Positions 25,594 through 32,000 of a DNA stretch of 32,000 bases are shown in pieces. Source of the stretch: Candidatus Nanoclepta minutus (GTDB lineage Archaea; Nanobdellota; Nanobdellia; Nanobdellales; Nanobdellaceae); the NCBI GenBank assembly GCA_003568775.1, contig MWMI01000002.1, positions 1-32,000 of the forward strand, written 5' to 3'. The translations under genes and the position numbers were made by a program. The notes under the pieces were generated by a model that worked only from the letters and a program-made list of their open reading frames with translations, was not told the origin of the DNA and searched no databases. Within the stretch, counting starts at the first letter, position 1; each line of letters opens with the position of its first letter.

Positions 25594-26781
25594 TTAGATA
25601 TTCTTCGATTTTAACTCATAAAACTGTGGTGGTAGAGGAGTTTTTGTAGTCTCACATATTAGATATATCCTTTGCCAAACCCTGGGGTGCGTCTCTATCT
25701 CTGTATCAAAAAATAAGGCCTGTATATTCTCTGGAATTTTATTTCTCCTTATAAAATCCTCAGAGCTCTCGTAGGCTACTTTCATTAAAGCATTAATCAT
25801 TCCAGGAGGATAATTAGTCTTTCTTACAGCAGCTATGTCTGCAAGATGCTCCCTTAGCTTTGAGGCCCTAGAAATCAACTTAGACATGATTATAGGGGTA
25901 ATTATATACAAGAGTAATCCTACCACAAGGGATATAAGAGCTAATATAAAAAGGTATCCCTCTCCCTTTCTATCTCTATCAGATCCTCTTCCCGATCTCT
26001 TAAATATAATTCTTGGTAAAACATAAGCCATAAACCAGGCTAATACTAAGACAGCTGCAGAAACTATGGCAAACTTCGTCATAAATTCTGAATCCTTGTT
26101 AATTATGTGAGAAAACTCATGGGCTAATACATTTTCTAACTCATGGTAATCTAATTTTTCTATTGCTCCCTTTGTAAGGATTATCATACTCCTTCCGTCT
26201 GATCCGGAAACTGTCATTGCATTTATTATTGGCCAATCTACTATTTTTAATTCAACTTTATTAGACAGTCCGAAGCCTATCCTTAAGGCATCGAATAACT
26301 GATAAGCCATATATTCCTTCGGATCCTTTAAGTTTGATGGTCTGGCATGTATTATACTAGCTAAAAAGTTTCCAGGATCTCCTTCCGCAGAAGAGCTCAT
26401 TGAATAGACAAAAGTAATGCTAATTAGAAGGGAAATTATAAATAACATCAAAAATGGAAAAGAAGCAAGAATATTATAAAAAATTGGTAAAATAAATATT
26501 ACGACGAACAAAAATAGAAAAATACCTACTATTAGATCTGCCGCTCTAATACCTGGTAATTCCGTTAAAACTAATATTGTCATAATGATATAGATAAATA
26601 TCATTAAAAACAAAGAAACTCCTAGCTCTTCATCAAGAGCTATGTATGTTATATTTGCTATCAAAAAATTAATTAGAGTTAACCAAATAATAGAGAATAA
26701 TAATAAGATCTTACTTTTTCTTTCTATCTCACTTTTAAGGTTAAAAAAATCTTTAGAAGAAAAACCTAAATTTTCTACCAT
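25594..26781 (-). CDS. Membrane-embedded zinc metallopeptidase, M48 (HtpX/Ste24-like) family
   Basis: LAHEFSHIINKD carries the HExxH motif. It is flanked by several TM helices on both sides. Overlaps lemA by 7 nt. Confidence 0.65.
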   Translation of the reverse strand: MVENLGFSSKDFFNLKSEIERKSKILLLFSIIWLTLINFLIANITYIALDEELGVSLFLMIFIYIIMTILVLTELPGIRAADLIVGIFLFLFVVIFILPIFYNILASFPFLMLFIISLLISITFVYSMSSSAEGDPGNFLASIIHARPSNLKDPKEYMAYQLFDALRIGFGLSNKVELKIVDWPIINAMTVSGSDGRSMIILTKGAIEKLDYHELENVLAHEFSHIINKDSEFMTKFAIVSAAVLVLAWFMAYVLPRIIFKRSGRGSDRDRKGEGYLFILALISLVVGLLLYIITPIIMSKLISRASKLREHLADIAAVRKTNYPPGMINALMKVAYESSEDFIRRNKIPENIQALFFDTEIETHPRVWQRIYLICETTKTPLPPQFYELKSKNI

Positions 26782-27368
26782 TGACTTAAGCCCTTAGTAA
26801 ACTCTCCAGATTCTAAGGACCTTCTAGTTTCTTCCGATCTTTCATATCTAAAGTATGGCAACTCCTTCTTTCCAAGCAACTTAGCTATTATAATACCCGG
26901 GAAAGACAATATGTATGTGTTATAATCGTTTATTGCATCGTTTAGAAACTGTCTAGCATATGATACTTTATCTATAGATACCCTAATCTCATTAAAGAGC
27001 ATTTGAAATTGTTGCATAGATTGTAACTGTGGATACTGCGGAAGTTGTAAAATTATTGGCATTATTGTACCAAAAAAGCTTGAGCTAGTATTTATTCTAT
27101 CTGATAGATCTTTACTTGACTTAATAGCGCTTAAGTACTTGCTATAGGATTCTGATATCTGGGTTAATACCTTCTGCTCCAATAATCCTGCTCCTTTTAC
27201 TGAATTTACTAGGTTTGGTAGTAGCTCTGCTACTCTGTTTAGTTCCCTCTCTATTTCAGATTGCGCCTGTCTAACTCTCTGTTCCCTCCTTATTATGCTG
27301 TTATATACTGCGATAAAAAATACTATTATAAAAAAGATTATAGCTAATACAATAAGCAATAGACTCAT
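26775..27368 (-). CDS. lemA: LemA family protein
   Basis: An N-terminal TM helix is followed by VYNSIIRREQRV...ELLPNLVNSVKG, matching the LemA consensus (YN.l...v..a.s.i...l.RR.dLiPNLV..vKg). Confidence 0.8.
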   Translation of the reverse strand: MSLLLIVLAIIFFIIVFFIAVYNSIIRREQRVRQAQSEIERELNRVAELLPNLVNSVKGAGLLEQKVLTQISESYSKYLSAIKSSKDLSDRINTSSSFFGTIMPIILQLPQYPQLQSMQQFQMLFNEIRVSIDKVSYARQFLNDAINDYNTYILSFPGIIIAKLLGKKELPYFRYERSEETRRSLESGEFTKGLSQW

Positions 27369-27781
27369 AATAATCTTCTATGGAAGTTTAGATTATTTAA
27401 AGCTTGTTATAGAAAATGTCCTAGTTTTCATTAAGAACTAAAAATGAACCAAAAAATTATAAAATTCTTTAGTATTCTACTAGTTATAAGCAATTGAATA
27501 AAAATTTATGAACTTATTTCTTCTCTTCCTTCCTCTTTACCATAACATATATTTAGGAGTTGTAATATAAAGTAATAGATACGCAAAAAGAACGATTAAA
27601 AAATAGGAAAAGATAAATCAAAGTATATTATAAACTTTGAAAAATACATAAAAGGTTTAAATATAGTATTTCTTAACTTAATCTAGTATAATTGTGCTCT
27701 TTTTCATTTTATTTCTTCAAATTTAATAAAAAATTAATCTAGCCAAAATTTTAAAATATATAGAAACTACTTTGTATCCCT

Positions 27782-28534
27782 ATGAAAGAAGACATTATCC
27801 TCTGGCACTTAGAATCTCCTGAAGAGGAGAATTGGCTAGAAAGCGAATACATTACATTACTTATAAGATTAGCTGAGAAGAAGTTAAATAAAAAGTATAC
27901 AAAAATTTTAGATATAGCATGCGGAATTGGAAGACATCATAAGTATTTAAGAGATAATGGATTTGAAGTTTATGGAATAGATAATAATGATAACCTTATT
28001 AAAGTTGCTAAAGACAGAAATAGAGGATTTGAAAAATACTATGAAGTAAGAGATATGAGAGAAATAAACTTCAATGAGGAGTTTGATGTAGTTTTGAATT
28101 GGTTCACATCCTTTGGATACTTTAGTCATGAAGAAAACTTAAAAGTACTAAAAAACTTTTATAATGCTTTAAAACCTGGAGGACTCCTAATATTTGACTT
28201 CCCAACCAAATGGAGGGAAGGATATTATATTATGGACTTTGGCGAATACTTGGAAATGAATTATACTGAGAGGGACAATTTTATATATAATCTCTCATCC
28301 AAGCTTTATAAAAAAGAAGAGGATAAATTACAATTTGTTAAGGAACTAAAATTGAGAGTTATAGTCTATCCTCCAAACGAGATAAAGAATATGTTAGAAA
28401 ATTTAGGATTTAAAATTCTGTTTATATTTTCTAATAGAAGTTTAAAAACCTTAAAGAACGATGATAAGGAATTGGAATTATTAAACCTAACAGAGAAGGG
28501 TATCACTCGTTTAACTTGGGTTTGCTATAAATAA
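27782..28534 (+). CDS. Class I SAM-dependent methyltransferase
   Basis: Motif I ILDIACGIGRH, the acidic loop YGIDNN, and the post-I/II motifs VVLNWFTSFGYF and LKPGGLLIF. Confidence 0.8.
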   Translation: MKEDIILWHLESPEEENWLESEYITLLIRLAEKKLNKKYTKILDIACGIGRHHKYLRDNGFEVYGIDNNDNLIKVAKDRNRGFEKYYEVRDMREINFNEEFDVVLNWFTSFGYFSHEENLKVLKNFYNALKPGGLLIFDFPTKWREGYYIMDFGEYLEMNYTERDNFIYNLSSKLYKKEEDKLQFVKELKLRVIVYPPNEIKNMLENLGFKILFIFSNRSLKTLKNDDKELELLNLTEKGITRLTWVCYK

Positions 28535-28539
28535 TTTTT
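28535..28539 (+). terminator. Oligo-T tract immediately after the methyltransferase stop
   Basis: TAA is followed directly by a T5 run. Confidence 0.3.
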
Positions 28540-28635
28540 CGTTTCACGCATTTATAACATAATTAAAATCAAACTTCTATAAAAGCTTTTTCAAACTAAA
28601 TGCTTTATCCTCCTAATACAGAAAAATAAAAATAT

Positions 28636-29328
28636 TTAAGGTTGATAGCCTTTTGTTTCTTCCCTTTCTATAGAAATTCTAGGAGAAGCTAGTTTTATGT
28701 TAAGATAAGAAGGTGATCTACAAATATCAACTATTCCATTCTCACCTACGTATACGAATCCCCTTAATCCTAACTTATCTGGCTCTTTACAAGCAGGTTC
28801 ACATTTAGCTAATACAGTATTTCCCTTTTCTAACTTATATTCTCTTGTAAGTTTTAGTATATCTTCTAGAGGTATTTCTCCATGAATAGATACTAAATGA
28901 TATGACCTTGGTTGATCTATCCTTCCTACTATAAGATATAACGTATTGAGCTTTAAATTTTCTGTAGCATAACCATTCTTTAAACCTATTTTACTATAAT
29001 TAACATAAAATATTTCATTAGCAGAGTGTGCTTTTTCTAATTTATCCACATAACATATAATTCTTACATTAGGGTCATTTATCCCTTCTAATAATTTATC
29101 TAAATTCAATGTATTTCCTGTATTGATATCTACTATCTTTCTGTCTCCAAACATTCCTTTAAACTGTTCTGCTATCTTATTCCCCTCTAACGTATAATAT
29201 ATCTCCATTATAGTTTCTTGTACCTTCTCCTTATTGGTCTCTTTAGCCTCTCTAGCCTCACCTAGTTTTGCAATCCACGAATACTCTGGTAATTCTTCTC
29301 GTGGGGATTGCTCAGATGTATTTACCAT
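28636..29328 (-). CDS. Hypothetical protein (230 aa)
   Basis: Clean ORF with an A/T TATA-like stretch 22-32 nt upstream. Acidic N-terminus, and the C-terminal part contains CEPAC...C. No family recognised. Confidence 0.55.
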   Translation of the reverse strand: MVNTSEQSPREELPEYSWIAKLGEAREAKETNKEKVQETIMEIYYTLEGNKIAEQFKGMFGDRKIVDINTGNTLNLDKLLEGINDPNVRIICYVDKLEKAHSANEIFYVNYSKIGLKNGYATENLKLNTLYLIVGRIDQPRSYHLVSIHGEIPLEDILKLTREYKLEKGNTVLAKCEPACKEPDKLGLRGFVYVGENGIVDICRSPSYLNIKLASPRISIEREETKGYQP

Positions 29329-29399
29329 ATAATAACATATATAGTTAAATTTTTAAATATTACTTACAAATAAACTCTAGTACATCTTATAGAACGGTT

Positions 29400-29419
29400 C
29401 GGATAACTAGCATTATCCG
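29400..29419. promoter_or_regulatory. Perfect 7-bp inverted repeat CGGATAA-N6-TTATCCG
   Basis: cggataactagcattatccg is the most G/C-rich element of this spacer. It lies 72-91 nt upstream of the start of the minus-strand gene 28636..29328. Confidence 0.3.
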
Positions 29420-29481
29420 TCAGGATCTTATGAAATATTTAATTTTCAAAATAGTATAATTGTATTATAGAATTTGCATAA

Positions 29482-29594
29482 TTATAAATGTGCCTTTGTA
29501 CTTCTCAGAGAAATTTTACAATCCCTTAGACTACACTGTAAGATTTTGAAAGGATATGAGAAAAAATATGGTTTGATTAACGGTTTTGATTAAC
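29482..29594 (+). repeat. Repeat unit A (TATA-like box + conserved ~85-nt segment); candidate sRNA gene
   Basis: TTATAAA at 29482-29488. Core at 29531-29594: CTACACTGTAAGATTTTGAAAGGATATGAGAAAAAATATGGTTTGATTAACGGTTTTGATTAAC. Confidence 0.6.
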
Positions 29595-29621
29595 AAAGTT
29601 ATATATTATACAGATTAGGAG

Positions 29622-29734
29622 TTATAAAATTATTTTGAGCTTTTCAAAAGACTTTTTGAAATTCTATATGCTACACTATGAGACTTTGAGAGAGTATAGA
29701 AAAGAACGAGGTATGATTAACAGTTTTTGATTAC
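29622..29734 (+). repeat. Repeat unit B; candidate sRNA gene
   Basis: TTATAAA at 29622-29628, exactly 140 nt from unit A. Core at 29671-29734: CTACACTATGAGACTTTGAGAGAGTATAGAAAAGAACGAGGTATGATTAACAGTTTTTGATTAC. About 75% identical to A over the first 57 nt by hand count. Confidence 0.6.
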
Positions 29735-29783
29735 TAATATTAAATTCTAAGTTTATATCTAATATCAAACAAATTTTAAAAAA

Positions 29784-29969
29784 TTATTTAAAAATAGAAA
29801 CTTTTAATTTATCAATTTCTCTAGATATTTCAAAGAGCGCTATACCAGTTAAAAGTATAGATACGCCTATCTCTGGTTTTTTCATTGCTACTAATATAGA
29901 TCCTAACACTATTATAACCCCTGTAAAAACTTTATATGTAGGTATTTTCATACCTATATCTATTGCCAT
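29784..29969 (-). CDS. Small two-TM membrane protein (61 aa)
   Basis: MAIDIGMKIPTYKVFTGVIIVLGSILVAMKKPEIGVSILLTGIALFEISREIDKLKVSIFK has two hydrophobic helices separated by KKPE. Lies between repeat units B and C. Confidence 0.45.
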   Translation of the reverse strand: MAIDIGMKIPTYKVFTGVIIVLGSILVAMKKPEIGVSILLTGIALFEISREIDKLKVSIFK

Positions 29970-30041
29970 AAATTTTAAAAAATTACATAAATTACAATTC
30001 CGAGACCTTCCTCAAAACCTCGCTAAATAAATAGTATTGTA

Positions 30042-30152
30042 ATATAAATTGTGTACTAAATTTCTTAAAGGAAACTTGAAATCTCTTAGCTACATTATAA
30101 AATTTCGAAAGTATATTGAAAGGGATGAATATAATTAATAGTTTTGATTAGC
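30042..30152 (+). repeat. Repeat unit C; candidate sRNA gene (most diverged of the three)
   Basis: ATATAAA at 30042-30048. Core at 30090-30152: CTACATTATAAAATTTCGAAAGTATATTGAAAGGGATGAATATAATTAATAGTTTTGATTAGC. About two thirds identical to A by hand count. Confidence 0.55.
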
Positions 30153-30207
30153 TAAATAGATATAAATAAATTAAAAATCTTATAACTTTTAAGGAAAATA
30201 GTATAAA

Positions 30208-30654
30208 ATGCCGTTAATAATATCTTCATATATTTACAGATCCGAATCACCTATAAAAAAGAAAGGTATATCTGCGATGTACGTAGATGTAGATAAAAAA
30301 TACCTCAGCGAACAATACGATTTAACGGATCTGTCAAAAGAATATTGGGTTTATGGCAGGATAATTGAAGTAATAAAGGATTCACCTATATCAGAAGATG
30401 AAAGGAAATTGTTGGAACAATATGTTATTAACAGAGAAGTTAAATTATTCTTAGTACCCGGTCTTTTTTATTCTTCTTATGATAGACTTCATTTTGATAA
30501 TGACACATGGAGTATTCTCAGAGACATTGGTATTATTAGGGAAGAATACAAACTTAAAGTAAAGTTATACAAAGTAGAAATAATAGGATCCAATGGTATT
30601 AAGGAAGGGGAAATTAATCTTTATCCTTATAGAGACATTATAGCAGAAAAATAG
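30208..30654 (+). CDS. Hypothetical protein (148 aa), upstream partner of the PaREP1-like gene
   Basis: Clean ORF 11 nt upstream of the next gene. No motif recognised. Confidence 0.55.
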   Translation: MPLIISSYIYRSESPIKKKGISAMYVDVDKKYLSEQYDLTDLSKEYWVYGRIIEVIKDSPISEDERKLLEQYVINREVKLFLVPGLFYSSYDRLHFDNDTWSILRDIGIIREEYKLKVKLYKVEIIGSNGIKEGEINLYPYRDIIAEK

Positions 30655-30665
30655 ATTATAGTATT

Positions 30666-31067
30666 ATGGAAGAACTTATAAATGAAATTAGAAGAAGGTT
30701 AAATATAATTAAAAGTTATTCTAAAAATTATATGGAATCTTTAGATAAAAAAGAATATGGAAAAGCTTCTGAAATGCTATGGGGTATTATAAATAACTTA
30801 GCATCTATATTAAGTATTCTTAATGGAGGTAAACCTATTTCTAAGCATAGTGAACTTAGAGAGTTTATTGAGAGTCTAGCTTATATATTAAAAGATGAGG
30901 AAATTATCGACCTTTTTAGATCATGCGAAATCTTACATGCAAATTATTTTCATAATTTTTTAGATGAAATTTTATTTGAAAGTTATAGAAAGGATGCAGA
31001 GAAACTTATCAATAAACTCCAAGAGCTAATAATAAGAGAGCTTCAAGCTAAAGGTATTAAAATCTAG
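30666..31067 (+). CDS. PaREP1-family (HEPN-superfamily-like) helical protein
   Basis: ASEMLWGIINNLASILSILNGGKPISKHSELREFIESLA...LFRSCEILHANYFH follows the PaREP1 pattern (a.K.WgA...a.ka.a...g....sH..L...v..l......l...a..LH.NFY). Confidence 0.6.
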   Translation: MEELINEIRRRLNIIKSYSKNYMESLDKKEYGKASEMLWGIINNLASILSILNGGKPISKHSELREFIESLAYILKDEEIIDLFRSCEILHANYFHNFLDEILFESYRKDAEKLINKLQELIIRELQAKGIKI

Positions 31068-31603
31068 TTTTTAAATTTTTATTTTGGACTATATAAGCCA
31101 TTTCCATAAAGGTATAAACCTTATTTCTTTGTTATCTATTTTTAAAACATCATTCATAATCACAAGTTATAACAATCAACTCTAGATTAAGAGATATTAT
31201 AAAGATTTAGCAATATGCTGTCTATTAAGATTGAGAAATATAAAATAAAAGAATATGAAATCGAATAAAAGACAACGGATAGAATTATTAAAAACGGTTA
31301 TGCTTTAACCAATTGATTTAGCTTTGATTGAACAATTGCTGGCATTACTATGGATACTAACAGAAATATTAGAAAATATATCAAACCTTTATCTTCTTCT
31401 CCAACTTTGAATTAATTGCTTCGTGTTCTAGAACAGCTTCTTTAAAGTTTTTCCAAGTATAATAAAAACATTCTGTTACTTTTCAAAAAACAACCAACTA
31501 ACCTTAATTTAGAAAAACTGCACTAGACTTTTAAAATACAGCAAAAATGTCTTTTCCTAGTTTATAATTATAATTTTAAAATTCAAATCTTAGATATTTT
31601 TAC

Positions 31604-32000
31604 ATGATCGGTATAATTGTTGGTAAAACATACGAAAATCCTAAAGAATTCTTAAAAGATTTTGAAATAGAAGCTGTAGCACAAGATAGTAAAACAATAG
31701 ATTATGTTAAAGAAATAATAGAAAATGCAAAGACTTTATATATTAGTATAAACCTTAGTGATGAGCTATTAGATGAGGAGGTATTTGACAAAATTGAAGA
31801 TATATATGAAAGGATCGTTGAAAAAACGAACTATAAAATAGATGATGATTATTTAAATGATATATTAGACAACGTTGAAAAAGGCTTATCTGATACGGTA
31901 GCAAACCACATCATAGATCTATTGAAGAGGTTTAGACTAAACAAATTAACATTATATAGACCTTCATCACCCCTTATACCATATCCTATAAATCCTCCTA
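31604..32000 (+). CDS. Partial CDS (N-terminal 132 codons, runs off the window end): acidic hypothetical protein
   Basis: Open-ended, so absent from the track. ATG at 31604 reads MIGIIVGKTYENPKEFLKDFEIEAVAQDSKTIDYVKEIIENAKTLYISINLSDELLDEE... with no stop to the window end. tttataat lies ~40 nt upstream. Confidence 0.5.
   Translation, partial: MIGIIVGKTYENPKEFLKDFEIEAVAQDSKTIDYVKEIIENAKTLYISINLSDELLDEEVFDKIEDIYERIVEKTNYKIDDDYLNDILDNVEKGLSDTVANHIIDLLKRFRLNKLTLYRPSSPLIPYPINPP

Noticed and set aside
27683-27694. The exact 12-mer TAGTATAATTGT, shared between 27683 and 29452, as a regulatory motif.
   Set aside because: A rough estimate for 32 kb at this composition predicts on the order of a hundred chance 12-mer pairs. 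Nothing else around the two sites aligns.
29471-29730. Reading repeat units A/B/C as a small-protein family, or as C-terminal gene fragments ending in INxF(D)*.
   Set aside because: Unit A has no ATG in the frame, and unit C has a frameshift and an internal stop. A/B substitutions are not biased to third codon positions (6/5/3). This is kept only as a minor alternative inside the main finding.
29482-30152. Reading the three repeat units as a CRISPR array or as C/D-box sRNAs.
   Set aside because: CRISPR: there are only three copies, the spacing is irregular (140 and 419 nt), the copies are 25-35% diverged, a protein gene lies between two of them, and no cas genes are nearby. C/D box: ATGATTA approximates a C box only in unit B, and no properly placed CTGA D box or C'/D' pair is conserved.
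31330-31450. A reverse-strand hydrophobic reading frame (…GLIYFLIFLLVSIVMPAIVQSKLNQLVKA*) in the 536-nt gap.
   Set aside because: There is no ATG upstream of the hydrophobic segment. Only 15 codons follow the single Met, and a stop lies shortly upstream. It cannot be distinguished from chance.
1-32000. tRNA, rRNA or other classical structured RNA genes.
   Set aside because: In a genome this A/T-rich such genes appear as 70-100-nt G/C-rich islands. No intergenic region contains one, and no cloverleaf-compatible stems were seen.

Overview
AT-rich (about 30% GC by eye), very gene-dense archaeal chromosomal segment. Evidence for archaeal origin: two-subunit archaeal-type PheRS, a stand-alone Bud32 kinase, archease, NreA, eS26-like and uS15 ribosomal proteins, a PaREP1-like protein, TATA boxes 25-30 nt upstream of start codons (leaderless-type), and K/E/I/Y-rich proteins that suggest a thermophile. 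I cannot place it more precisely than a low-GC TACK or DPANN-type lineage. About 1-15.8 kb and 17.8-28.5 kb are ordinary housekeeping or transport genes packed into overlapping operons: archease, SecF, eS26-pheT-pheS-NTase-bud32-ICMT, serS, rps15 plus a RecJ/Cdc45-like gene, TrkAH, NUDIX, NreA plus radical SAM, an ABC-2 exporter, LemA plus an M48 peptidase, and a SAM methyltransferase. No tRNA, rRNA, CRISPR array or transposase could be supported. The unusual material lies in the few long ORF-free gaps. The clearest case is three same-strand copies, at 29.48-30.15 kb, of a ~110-nt unit. Each has a TATA-like box at a fixed register, a ~85-nt conserved segment and an oligo-T end, which looks like a small family of unannotated sRNA genes. 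Weaker possible relatives sit in the other long gaps (16.6, 27.6 and 31.2 kb). Other points worth a second look: two or three ~205-aa helical orphan proteins with near-identical core promoters, two tandem pilin-like glycoproteins, an ~80-aa insertion in SerRS, an overlapping NreA/radical-SAM pair, an orphan+PaREP1 pair, and an untracked 57-aa zinc-ribbon gene. All homology calls come from motif recognition by eye; no database search was run.
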